Under the pieces are notes generated by a model. That model saw only the letters and a program-made list of their open reading frames with translations. It had not been told where the DNA came from and did not search any database. This document shows, piece after piece, positions 39,401 to 50,975 of a DNA stretch of 64,000 nucleotides (its first letter is position 1; each line of letters starts with the position of its first letter). The position numbers were made by a program, and so were the translations under genes. This stretch comes from an uncultured Gemmatimonadales bacterium (GTDB lineage Bacteria > Gemmatimonadota > Gemmatimonadetes > Gemmatimonadales > GWC2-71-9): contig CAVZZO010000003.1 in NCBI GenBank assembly GCA_963779755.1, positions 1,504,001 to 1,568,000 of the forward strand. Direction: 5' to 3'.

Positions 39401-41045
39401 GCGCGTGACCTTCAATGTGCAGGGCACGCCAGTCGCCCGGGTGTTTACGTTCGACTGGGACGAGCTGGGCCGCCGCAAGCTGGTGACCTATCCCAACGCG
39501 ATGAAAGTTCATTACAGCTATGACCCCGCCGGCGCGCTGCGGCAGGTCATCGATACGAATCCGGGTAATCCCTCGGGTACTACGGACCGCTTCGACTTCA
39601 CCTATCGCAATACTAATGTGGACCCCGCCGGTCGTGTTTACTACCACACGGGCGACTGCCGCACCATTCAATTCGGTGACGCCAACAACTCGGCCTGTCA
39701 AGACAACGGGACCCAGCGGCAGATCACCAGCGTCTATAGCCGCCTGAGTGCGCTGGTCACCCAACGGCACAACCTGTATGCGGATACCATGGCCTACGAC
39801 AAGTCGGGGAACATGGTCTTCCACCACCTCGGGGCCAGTACCGCTACCCGGATGTGGCTGCACATGGTGCTCAACAGCAACCGGCTGAACTACGACTCCA
39901 CCGCCGGCGACGGTGCGGTAACGATTCGGCAATTCTATGACGCTGACGGTGCAGAGACGCTGCGTCGGCCCAGTGACAGCACCCTGAATACGGTGAGCCT
40001 CTGGCGGTGGTATTACTACGATGGACTGGGCCGGATGAGCGGCTATCGCTACGCCACCTGGAATCAGAGCTGGGGCCTGGATTTACACTACGACCCCGAC
40101 CACTGCCGCTACGATGCCGATGGCCAGCAGATGCTGGGCTGCGACAATCTGGCCCCGGCGATGGCCTTCGAGGGCCCCAATCCCTCCTGGGGCTCGACCG
40201 GCTGGCGCTATTTCCACGCCCCTGGGGTGGATGAGCCCCTGGTGGCCCTCTTCAGGTCAGGGGCGCCGCCCTCCGTTCTGAGCGAGATCTACTTCGTGAC
40301 GGATGGCCAGGGACGGCAGATTGCCGCCGCGCATCCGAATGGGGGTCTCTCCGCCGATGACCTGACTTCCGACAAGGCGGGCTGGCAATACGCCGGGGCG
40401 GCGAAGAACGCGGACGGCTTCGGCGCCGACCGGTACCAGCCGGCCAACCTCCCCCAGGTATCGCTCTTCCGGAATCGCGCGTATGATTCCCGGACGGGGC
40501 GATGGACGCAGGAGGATCCCATCGGGGCGGCGGGGGGGATCAATCTGTATCAGTTCAACGGGAATAATCCGGTAGTCAATACTGATCCGTTTGGGCTAGA
40601 CCCATGTAATCCTCCGGGAAGTTGCAAGGCTGTTGGCGTAGCGGTTGGAGCGGCGGCGGGGGCTGCAGTTGGAGATCTTGTCGCTGGTGGTTGTGCGGCA
40701 ACAACTGGTGGGGCGTGCCTTCTTGGCGCACCTGCGATCGTCGGCGTATCCGCTGGCATTGGCTCAGCTGGGGGAGGTCTTGTAGGGACTGTTGTTGAAC
40801 ATAAAGATGCATTGGAGCAAGTTGGGAAAAATGTAGTAAATTCCCTGCGGACAACTTGGCAGAAGATCAAGACTGCGGTCGGGTTGGCAGTGGGTCTTCA
40901 TGGTGGGCACCAGCCGCCAAAGATGCCGCATGATGACCCACCTCCTCCTCCAGTCAAGCCGGCACCAGCCCCTCCGGGGGGCGGGAAGCCCGATATCCAA
41001 ATTGGTCCCGACGGAGTTCCCAGAATGAAGATTCCTTCGCCGTGA
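36456..41045 (+). CDS. RHS-D: signal-peptide RHS toxin with glycine-zipper and Pro-rich CT
   Basis: Signal peptide, QPLCVSGC domain, YD repeats, RAYDSRTGRWTQEDPIG...DPFGL, CT GVAVGAAAGAAVG...GIGSAGGGLVG. Confidence 0.92.
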   Translation: MHARRLAVLVPALFLAALVLGFPDAQPLPAQSQPLCVSGCNNFNVYVTPDGSTSPSRPANSNGYSALFQVQNNGALQDSYDITCLGSSGVTCTGVSSSNLTIASGAKKFVTAYYNVGSQGTGKLRLTAAGEASDTGWYNVPITAPQGFPGVALINFNRDNHDRSLCLTAGAGEAAAYQCGYLTVYHSMPGYTTKGRERSLSLVHTSEQAYPSPIVVAGVTEPVTIAKPDNIFFQLSVSGVVRDTGHMGNWGGGPTDVTRQVIITYNASSDSTGLYPISLLIRNEYGAATYDVVLADTLMGVNRTGSEFGAGWGLDGIEHLYFNQPVGTAKGDILLVDGDGSGRWYHKLTATTWAGPRGTYQDTLTYSSTTQRYTRTLRHGIQVVFDASGRHVKTVNRVGDSTVFVWSGSPVRLTSIKVPPVGQTGTVYTLAWDGNHQLDKITDPAGRVLDATVTSNTLVSLKDPDSLTTTFNYNTNQLISARTDTRGNSSYYTYTLNLLSTARLPLDTVGTSYATTTYTPWNWKFVDPDTAYTKILGPRPNLADDATFWLDKWGAPVKIKDALGAVTTIVRGNSAVPALATKVVRSNGHVDSMTYDNRGNLSEARSLSSQSGAPTSYTSYTYGDLTNAPDSPTRVTDALGRHTDYTYTSLGLTKSVTSPNGHTMGFAYQLTGLQKGELLSVTDSQVTVWHESAAKDTVLNLTQRFTYTSPLGNIQTTTAPSGVVTSYVLDAYGGIKEFFDPYGTHTRYVADVMGRVTIDSQFNGWWDQGRHPTTWTPLAGCDSTYFNCNPALVNYVPNYNYLLTHYHWSAAGVDTVTDPGGVVRSYAYGPRGEVVSESDEFGHHRTAVYDEAGLLTSSTSRSNFQVRFHYDLAGRRTSMVYPTRIWGVVYPGDTAHVAGDSLYYQYDSLGHLTLAHDRWNEIRRTYYANGALKAKRTTSPADSLVYTYDASGAVKTMIAVQGSGWKDSVEYTYDAAGALDSMRVTFNVQGTPVARVFTFDWDELGRRKLVTYPNAMKVHYSYDPAGALRQVIDTNPGNPSGTTDRFDFTYRNTNVDPAGRVYYHTGDCRTIQFGDANNSACQDNGTQRQITSVYSRLSALVTQRHNLYADTMAYDKSGNMVFHHLGASTATRMWLHMVLNSNRLNYDSTAGDGAVTIRQFYDADGAETLRRPSDSTLNTVSLWRWYYYDGLGRMSGYRYATWNQSWGLDLHYDPDHCRYDADGQQMLGCDNLAPAMAFEGPNPSWGSTGWRYFHAPGVDEPLVALFRSGAPPSVLSEIYFVTDGQGRQIAAAHPNGGLSADDLTSDKAGWQYAGAAKNADGFGADRYQPANLPQVSLFRNRAYDSRTGRWTQEDPIGAAGGINLYQFNGNNPVVNTDPFGLDPCNPPGSCKAVGVAVGAAAGAAVGDLVAGGCAATTGGACLLGAPAIVGVSAGIGSAGGGLVGTVVEHKDALEQVGKNVVNSLRTTWQKIKTAVGLAVGLHGGHQPPKMPHDDPPPPPVKPAPAPPGGGKPDIQIGPDGVPRMKIPSP

Positions 41046-41052
41046 AGGAGCC

Positions 41053-41547
41053 ATGAAGCACATTCTTGAGAGAGCATACTGGTGGTGGATGCTCAAGACA
41101 AGCGACGTGGAGGATGTCCACGGATTGCGACTGGTGTATATCAGTGCTGACGCCAACCGGGCGAAGCCGACTATTCTGCGAGCGGTATCCGAGGCACTGG
41201 ACCGAATTGCTTCCGCGAGAGGTGGATTCGGTGAGTTGGTCACTTCACATCTGCGGTTTGTCGCAGCCTTGAAGGCGCGACGGAGTTGGATCGTACCTAT
41301 GGCTCGGGGATATGTTTCCCCCTTCTATAGAATTGAGGTGGAGAATCCACACTACCTTGCCTGCCGCTTAGTCTGGGCCGCAACCTATGTTCGACTCTTT
41401 CATGATGCTCTCGCAAATGGCGGACAAGGAACCGGTTTGGCTGCTATTCGCGATAGAGCGCGCGAATCGCAGGTCAGATTCCTGGAGCAGTTCCCCGATT
41501 CCGAACGCTGGCTGGAGTATATCGCCCAACACCCTGGTGGAATCTAA
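41053..41547 (+). CDS. Putative immunity protein for RHS-D
   Basis: Starts 7 bp after the toxin stop with an AAGGAG RBS; its TAA coincides with the IS630 end, so it may be clipped. Confidence 0.65.
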   Translation: MKHILERAYWWWMLKTSDVEDVHGLRLVYISADANRAKPTILRAVSEALDRIASARGGFGELVTSHLRFVAALKARRSWIVPMARGYVSPFYRIEVENPHYLACRLVWAATYVRLFHDALANGGQGTGLAAIRDRARESQVRFLEQFPDSERWLEYIAQHPGGI

Positions 41548-42150
41548 TGTTATGTAACAGAAGTTGACAGCATAAGTTATGCCAGGTACATTGGGGTACC
41601 CCTGACCAAGGAGAAGCATGCGCACGGGTCGCCCCAAGGCCGCGTTGACGTTGACGGAAGAGGAGCGGCATGAGTTGGAGTCGTTGGCCAAGCGTCGGCG
41701 CTCGGCGTCCGCGCTGGCCCAGCGGGCGCGCATGGTGCTGGCTTGCGCGGCGGGCCAGGACAACCAGACCGTGGCGCGGCGCGTGCGCGTGGCGCCGGCC
41801 ACGGTCGGCAAGTGGCGGCAGCCGCTTCCTTGAGGACCGCGTGGCCGGGCTGATGGACGAGCCGCGGCCCGGCACGCCGCGCCAGGTCACGGACGAGCAG
41901 ATCGAGGACGTGATCGTGCGCACGCTGGAGAGCACGCCCGGAAGGGGCGACGCATTGGAGCAGCCGGGACATGGCCAAGGCGACGGGTCTGAGTCATATG
42001 ACCGTCAGCCGGATCTGGCGTGCGTTCGGCCTCAAGCCGCACCTCGACGAGACCTTCAAGGTCTCCCCCGATCCGCTGCTCCTCGACAAGGTGCGCGATA
42101 TCGTCGGGTCTGTACTTGAACCCACCTGACCACGCACGCGGTGGTCTTCT
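41545..42150 (+). mobile_element. IS630-family element, frameshifted and 3'-truncated
   Basis: TA at the left end; MRTGRP..LTLTEEER..RARMVL..TVGKWR; DEPRPGTPR; VSRIWRAFGLKPH..FKVSPDP..KVRDIVG across frames. Confidence 0.85.
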
Positions 42151-42159
42151 GCGTCGACG

Positions 42160-42441
42160 TCAAGCCGCAGAGGGGCCTGCTGTGGGTTGACGGTCGGTTC
42201 AGGCGCTGTCTTCAGCGACCGGCTAACCACGGGTCTCGCGGAGGCGCCGTGGGCCACTCTTGAGCAACATGAATTTGGGCATACCCTCCAGTTCATTGGG
42301 CTCTCGGCGCTCAATGGGTATGTCAATATCGAGGCGCCCTGGGCGCCTTATCTTGGCCTTGGCGCCTTGGGGATTCCGTTCCCGTTCAACCCTTGGGAGA
42401 GCGGCGCCACTTGGTTGGGGCACGTTTCTGGTCTACCCTGA
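42160..42441 (+). pseudogene. Orphan toxin C-terminal fragment with HExxH motif
   Basis: TVG...QHEFGHTLQ...YL...NPWE; 5' part lost at the IS630 junction. Confidence 0.55.
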
Positions 42442-42784
42442 GTGAGACTTCCTGCCATGTCAAGAGCCATCAATCTCGCCGTCGTTGGCGCTTGTGCTGT
42501 AGCGGCACTGGGGACGTACTGCGGTAAAGGTGTGACGGTCGTAAACAGATATGAGATTGCCCCGTGTCCGGGAACTCAGTTCGCACTGCCCGATTCCGCG
42601 TCGGGCGAAGGGTTCGCGCTGACGTCAAAAGTCCCAAAGAACGATGCCATCCCGGACTGCGTGGGGTGCAGAGTCTATAGGCTGCGTGAAAATCGAGATT
42701 TGCGTATGTACTTGGAAGCTAAGCTGAATGACCGACCGACCGCTTGTACTCTCGATGTAATGTATCGTTACGTCGGTCACTCGA
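42442..42784 (+). pseudogene. Putative exported immunity protein cut by IS256
   Basis: Starts right after the CT stop; N-terminal hydrophobic signal, Cys-rich; ORF runs into the IS256 end at 42785. Confidence 0.5.
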
Positions 42785-44158
42785 GGTCGTGTCCCGAGTT
42801 GTGTAGAAAATCAATGGGCGCTGTCTCCGGGCCTCCAAGCGTGTCAGGCGCTCATGCAGCCGCTTGACGGTTACTGACACGGGGCAAGGTTCGCCAGCCG
42901 GCAATCCGCCGCAAGGGCAGTTGCCCCGTCGCGATCAGACCGTAGCCGAGCACCAGGACGGCCTCGGTGCTGGGCAGCGATCCCTGCGTTTTGACTCGCC
43001 GTCGCACCTCCTCCAGCACGCGCTCGACGATATTTGTCGTGCGCAGGCTCTTCCACTGCGCCTTCGGCAGGCGATAGAACGTGAGCAGCTCCTCGCCCGC
43101 CTCCTCCAGGCTCGCCACCACCCCCGGGAGCTCCCGGCCCCAGCGGCGGGTAAACCGCCCCCAGGCCCGCCGCGCCGCCTCCGCATCGGCGGCGTACACG
43201 ATGGCGTGGTAGTCGCGTTTGACGGCCGGATAGAGCCGCTGCGGGCAATGGGCCGCCAGGTTGCGCAGCTTATGCACCGTGCAGCGCTGCACCGCAGCCC
43301 GCGGCCAGATCTCGCTCAGCGCCCGGCGCAGACCCTTGCTGCCGTCGGTGATCACCAGCGCCGGCGCGACCAGGCCGCGCTCCACCAGCCCGCGCACGAA
43401 GTCGCCCCAGGCCGCGGCGCTTTCCGCGACGTAGAGCCGGAGATCCAGCAGCACCTTCTGCCCGTCGGGCCGCACCCCGACCGCCACCTGGACCGGGAGC
43501 GGCTCGACCCGCTTGAGCACCCGCACGTGGAGGTGAATCGCATCCAGATAGAGATATTGCACCCCCAACTCCCCCAGGGGGCGCTCGCGCCACGCCTCGT
43601 AGCCCTGCCGCAGCCCCCGCACGACGCGCGAGACCGTGCTCCGCGAGGCGGGACCGTCGGCCAGCAGCGAGCGGAGCGCCCGGGCGAGCCGCCGCTGATT
43701 GCCGCCCCCGCAGTAGAAGCCGATCAGCGCCGCATCCACCGCCCGGGCCCGGCGCGCGTACCGCGGCAGCAGCCCGCTCTGCCATTCCCGCAGCTCGGCG
43801 CCCGCCTGCACCCGCCCTCGCGGGATGGCGAGATCCACGGGGCCCAGACTGGTCGTCACCCGCCGCCGCCGGGTGCCGTGCCGATATCCCTGCCGGGCGG
43901 CGCTCCGCTCATGCCGGCCGCTGCCCAAGACGGCCGCCAACTCCTCGTGCAACATGCGCTCAATCCACCGCCGCGCGTCGCGGCGCAGGGCCGCCGTCAG
44001 CGGGTCCGCCCCGACCAGTGCTTCCCACCCCTGCTCCGTGGCCGTACCTTCTCTCATGGCGTATGCCTCCGGGTTAGATCCGCACTTCGGCGGATCGGGG
44101 TTCGATCATCCCGGAAGCATACGCCATTTCAATTTTCTACACGAATCGGGACGGCACC
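42785..44158 (-). mobile_element. IS256-family element (transposase 42852-44057)
   Basis: YLYLDA, LVITDG, QRCTVHKLRN, LRTTNIVER; terminal IRs ggtcgtgtcccgagttgtgtagaaaat / attttctacacgaatcgggacggcacc; no target duplication seen. Confidence 0.93.
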
Positions 44159-44470
44159 GGTTCAATGGCGTGGCATTGCCTTTGCCGCCGGGCTTACCAA
44201 AGAAGCCCTGTGGTCAGGTCCTAATATCGTCTCGCCGACCCCCAATGGGTGGTTTGGAACTCTGATTCAGGGCAAGGAGGATGGGGCCGGCACGCTCTAC
44301 AGGCGAAATCGCTCTGTCGATCCGGCAACAGGGCGATTCACGCAGGAAGATCCGCTTGGCCTGGCCGGCGGGCTCAATCTCTACGGCTTCGCGAATGGCG
44401 ACCCTGTCAACTTCAGTGACCCGTTTGGGCTATGTCCGTACACAGGAAAGCACACCACCAACGTGGACGA
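44159..44470 (+). pseudogene. 312-bp inverted copy of the RHS-C core and CT start
   Basis: Near-identical to the reverse complement of 20267-20578 (VQWRG...DPFGLCPYTGKHTTNVD). Confidence 0.9.
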
Positions 44471-44474
44471 GTGA

Positions 44475-45011
44475 ATGACCCTCGCCTGTAAGGCGAGGGC
44501 TTCAAGAGGGGTCGATTGGAAATCGACTATCGTCGGCGATCTGCTCTCCTTGTTGTTCGTCGATGTAGGCTCGGATCATCTCTTCAGTCACCGTGCCGCT
44601 GCTGACGGCCAAGTACCCACGCGCCCAGAAATGGCGGCCCCAAAAATGCCGCCGGATGCGAGGAAATTCTTGAAAGAGCACGCGCGAGCTAATGCCCTTA
44701 AACCATTGGGCTATTTGACTTACCCGTTGGATCGGGCGGTACCCGACCAAGACGTGAACATGGTCGCGTGCCACCTTGCCCGACAGGATCTCGAGTTCAT
44801 GCTCCATCGCGATTCGCCGGATCAGGTCGCGCACACGAATGGCCAAGTCCCCTGTCAGCACCGGCTTCCGATACTTCGGAACCCACACCAAGTGCACCGA
44901 CAGGTCCGTCTTCGTGTGCGCTCCAATCCGATAGTTTCGCACACGACCAAGTTACACGGACCTTCTCTTCGCCTAAAGGCGAGGGGTTCAAACCCTCCCC
45001 GAGGTGGAAAC
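44475..45011 (-). mobile_element. tnpA: IS200/IS605-family element (TnpA 44502-44942)
   Basis: HLVWVPKYRK, DHVH (HUH), KGISSR, FWARGY, YI..Q; subterminal hairpins ccctcgcctgtaaggcgaggg and cttcgcctaaaggcgagg. Confidence 0.92.
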
Positions 45012-47795
<2,784 letters not shown>

Positions 47796-47829
47796 GCGCG
47801 ACGTCCCCGCTCTCCGGTGGCGACGCAGG

Positions 47830-48129
47830 TCAAGCGACTCGCGACCCTCGCTCCGTGCTCAGGTGGACCTTGACTCCCGCGCGCGCCAGCATCTCGACCA
47901 GGGCATCGATGCTGAAGCGGTGGAGTCGGCCACGGACCAGGTCACTGACCCGGGGCTGCGATACTCCCAGGAGCTTCGCTGCCTGGGCCTGGGTGAGTTT
48001 CCTGCGTCCGATCAGCTTCTCAATGGCGATCATGAGCTCTGCCCGCACCCGGAGATGCTCGGCCTCCACCGGGGAGAAGCCGAGATCGCGAAACACGTTG
48101 TCGGAACCCTTCGTGATCTTGATCGCCAT
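47830..48129 (-). CDS. HigA-like XRE antitoxin
   Basis: GSDNVFRDLGF, LTQAQAAKLLGVSQPRVSDL..FSIDAL. Confidence 0.9.
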   Translation of the reverse strand: MAIKITKGSDNVFRDLGFSPVEAEHLRVRAELMIAIEKLIGRRKLTQAQAAKLLGVSQPRVSDLVRGRLHRFSIDALVEMLARAGVKVHLSTERGSRVA

Positions 48130-48138
48130 CTCCGCCTC

Positions 48139-48474
48139 CTAGTCTTCCGTGTGCGGCCGGCCCAGCTCTCTGAAGCGCGCCCGTGCGATATCCAGATCGA
48201 GTTTCCGTGTCCGCTGGGCCTTCTTCACAAAGGCGTGCAGCACGTACACCGCTTCCGGCCGTGTTGCGAGATACAGCACCCGAAATTCTCCATCCATGTG
48301 TACTCGGACCTCTCGGACCCCGGGCCCGACACTGGGCATCGGTTTCCAGTCGCTCGGCTCCTGCCCATCCTGGACCCGCCAGAGCTGATAGCCCGTATCC
48401 CTGCGCGCATCCGGAGGAAAGCGGCGAACCGCTGCCTGGGAGCTACCGAGCCAGCGCAGGGGCTTGAGGGCCAT
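48139..48474 (-). CDS. HigB/RelE-like toxin
   Basis: GYQL.RVQ.G..PSDWKPM..VGPGVREVR, YVLHAFVKK; toxin-first order. Confidence 0.9.
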   Translation of the reverse strand: MALKPLRWLGSSQAAVRRFPPDARRDTGYQLWRVQDGQEPSDWKPMPSVGPGVREVRVHMDGEFRVLYLATRPEAVYVLHAFVKKAQRTRKLDLDIARARFRELGRPHTED

Positions 48475-48749
48475 GGCTCAATATATCGGTTTGGATATGG
48501 CCTGCCAAGAGAGGGTGCCACCCACACTGTGCCTGCACTCGGATCAGGAGTTCTTTGATTTTGCCCAGACCATCGCTTGTCAGAACTCCCGTGCTGGCGC
48601 TGCGAATTTCTGTCTCCGGTTCGAGCAAGGCGTGCGGATTAGGGGCGGCGGCGCCCTGCGGGGCTTCTGTGGGAGGTGTACGGGGGTGGCCCGTCGGGGG
48701 GAGCTGCTGACGAAATGCGATCCCCGTGCCGGGGACCCGGGCGATCCTC

Positions 48750-49230
48750 GGTCCACCATCGTATGCCAAGCTGTCACGGCCGGATGAACTTACCGGCCGC
48801 TTCAACGCCCATCAAAAGGGGCGGCTATTGCTGCAGGTCGAGGAAGGCTTTTGGGCCGGTGATAAGAAGGCCGAGGGAGCCCTGAAGCATATGATAACCT
48901 CCGACAAGGTCCTGGTCGAACCCAAGTATGTGGATGCGTTCGAAGTGGCGAACTATGCCAGACTACTGGTAACCTCGAACAACGAGTGGATCGTCCCTGC
49001 CGGGTTTGGCGAAAGACGATTTGCTGTACTCGACGCCGATGATGCTCGTGCCAACGATCTTGCATACTTCGCAGCGCTCCGCCGCGAACTCTTTGAGGAC
49101 GGCGGTTGCGCCCGCTTCTTGAAATACCTGCTCGAAGATGTACGAATTGACTTCCAGACACTCAGACGTCCCCCAGCCACACCAGCGCTCCTCGAACAAC
49201 AACTCGAGAGTCTCGAGCCGGACCGAACGG
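48750..49230 (+). pseudogene. Phage/plasmid primase-helicase C-terminal fragment
   Basis: LTGRFNAH..LL..EE.FWAGDKKAEGALKHMIT..VEPKYVD..NYARLLVTSN..VPA..ERRFAV; Walker A region absent. Confidence 0.75.
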
Positions 49231-49494
49231 AAACACCTGCCGCCAAACGACGTCGCGGCGGCAGGCGGGTGGTTGGACACCGGACGCTGCAGCGCTGCTA
49301 TCAGCAGTGCGATCCGGACACGCTGAAGGAGGTCGTGGAATTCCAGCGACCCCGGTCACCGGCCTCCGGCCGCTTCCAAGTCACCAAGTGAGCCCGTGGT
49401 ACCTCACGCGGCAACTCACTCACTGACTCACACAGGAACTCACACACCTCGCAGATAGGTAAAGCCCGGCAACGCGTAAGTCGTTGTCGGGCTT

Positions 49495-49515
49495 GATTGC
49501 CCCTCCTGGGATCGA
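49495..49515 (-). repeat. att-like duplicate of the tRNA-Gln 3' end
   Basis: gattgcccctcctgggatcga identical to 50188-50208; adjacent hairpin aagcccggcaac...gttgtcgggctt. Confidence 0.85.
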
Positions 49516-49708
49516 CGCGTCCGGCGGCGGATGCCGCCGGCGCCGGGCGGAGCCCCGGCGAGCGGACCGAGGCGGCGCAGCCGCCGCAGGTCAACCAGGA
49601 CTCTCCAATCCGCAGATTGCGCGGATGGCATCAGGTTCGCGGCGAACGCGCTCCATTCCGCAGGAAAACGATACCGACCCCCAGCGGGAAGTGGAGTAGG
49701 GTCGGTCC

Positions 49709-50224
49709 ATGCCAGCTCCGTTCCATCGGACCCGCAGCGGCCGGGACAGGTCGAGGCGTGATCCCCAGACCTACGCTATCATCGGAGCCGCCATGGAGGT
49801 GCACCGCGCCCTCGGGCTCGGCTTCCGGGAGGGGGTGTATCACGAGGCGCTTGCACGGGAGTTTACTCAGCGGCAGATCCCCTATGAGGGGGAAGTCCCC
49901 TTCACCATCGCATTCAAGGGCAAGCCGCTCCGAACCTCGTATCGGGCCGATTTCGTATGTTACGGGGAGGTCCTGGTCGAATTGAAGGCCCTTCGCGCCC
50001 TCACCGGCGTGGAATTGGCCCAGGTGTTGAACTACCTGCGCGCCAGCAGGCTCGAACGGGCGCTCCTGCTGAACTTCGGCGCCTCGAGCCTCGAGTACCG
50101 CCGCATAATTCTCTCCGCGGACTCATCTGCGCAATCTGTGGTCAAATCTGCGCAATCTGTGGTCAAATCTGCGCAATCTGTGGACTGGATTGCCCCTCCT
50201 GGGATCGAACCAGGACTCTCCTGA
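49709..50224 (+). CDS. GxxExxY protein with flanking repeat arms
   Basis: GLGFREGVY motif; left arm ccaatccgcagattgcgcggat at about 49605; right arm three 21-bp repeats atctgcgcaatctgtgg(tcaa) at 50126-50184. Confidence 0.9.
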   Translation: MPAPFHRTRSGRDRSRRDPQTYAIIGAAMEVHRALGLGFREGVYHEALAREFTQRQIPYEGEVPFTIAFKGKPLRTSYRADFVCYGEVLVELKALRALTGVELAQVLNYLRASRLERALLLNFGASSLEYRRIILSADSSAQSVVKSAQSVVKSAQSVDWIAPPGIEPGLS

Positions 50225-50262
50225 TCCAGAGTCAGGCGTGTTGCCAATTACACCAAGGGGCA
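50190..50262 (-). tRNA. tRNA-Gln (CTG)
   Basis: TGCCCCT acceptor stem, anticodon arm cctga-CTCTGGA-tcagg, GGTTCGATCC; CCA not directly encoded. Confidence 0.95.
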
Positions 50263-50326
50263 CCGGGACCCTGCCGGGCTTCGGACCTACCGCCGTACCG
50301 CCCTTACCGCCGTACCGCCCTTCGAG

Positions 50327-50399
50327 TGGAGCTGAGGGGGATCGAACCCCTGACCTCTGCAGTGCGATTGCAGCGCTCTCCCAGCTGAGCTACAGCCCC
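50327..50399 (-). tRNA. tRNA-Ala (CGC)
   Basis: GGGGCTGTAGCTCAGCTGGGAGAGC, anticodon arm ctgca-ATCGCAC-tgcag, GGTTCGATCC. Confidence 0.95.
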
Positions 50400-50488
50400 G
50401 GCAAGGGCGGGTAAGTTATCAGCGGGTTTGAGCTTGGGCAAGGCAGCCGGGCCACCCCCTTTATGGAGAGGGACGGGGGAGGCGAGGG

Positions 50489-50872
50489 TCACCTCCCTTC
50501 CTGCGTGGCCCGCTGAATCAGGCGGCTGAGCTCGGCCATTTCCTCGGGAGAGAGCTTGCCGTCGTTCAGGGCGAAAAGGGCGGAGACCGCCTGGGACGGC
50601 GAACCGCCGAAAAAGGTCCGGACCACATGGGCCAGGGCCTGGCGGCCGGCGTCCTCCGTCTCGACCACGGGCAGGTACACGTAGCGCAGCCCGTCGCGTT
50701 CGTGGTGCAGATGCCCCTTGTCTTCCAGTAGATTGAGCATCCCGCGCACCGCCGAGTACGAGGGCGGGTCGGGAAGCTGCGAGCGCACCTCGGCGACGGT
50801 AGCGCGACCCAGCCGGTAGACGGTATCCATGATCTGCCGCTCACGACGGCCCAGCGTTTCAGGGTGGGTCAT
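50489..50872 (-). CDS. BlaI/MecI/CopY-family repressor
   Basis: LGRRERQIMD, SYSAVR..L..LEDKG, RYVY, FFGGS. Confidence 0.92.
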   Translation of the reverse strand: MTHPETLGRRERQIMDTVYRLGRATVAEVRSQLPDPPSYSAVRGMLNLLEDKGHLHHERDGLRYVYLPVVETEDAGRQALAHVVRTFFGGSPSQAVSALFALNDGKLSPEEMAELSRLIQRATQEGR

Positions 50873-50873
50873 G

Positions 50874-50906
50874 TGCTAATCCATTAGCAGGTGCCAGCAC
50901 ATTAGC
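50874..50906. promoter_or_regulatory. Putative BlaI-type operator
   Basis: Palindrome TGCTAAT-cc-ATTAGCA directly before the ATG plus a second imperfect copy tgccagcacattagca. Confidence 0.6.
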
Positions 50907-50975
50907 AACTGCCACGGGCCGACGCAAGTAGTTTCCGTAGGCGGGTAGATTTCCGGTTCCCTCTTCCCGGTCTCC

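Noticed and set aside
2883..41045. T6SS-dependent RHS locus
   Set aside because: No PAAR, VgrG, Hcp, Eag chaperone or tss genes in the window; the full-length RHS proteins have signal peptides.
42864..44474. 536-aa plus-strand ORF ending in an RHS core
   Set aside because: Mostly antisense IS256 sequence fused by chance to the 312-bp RHS-C fragment.
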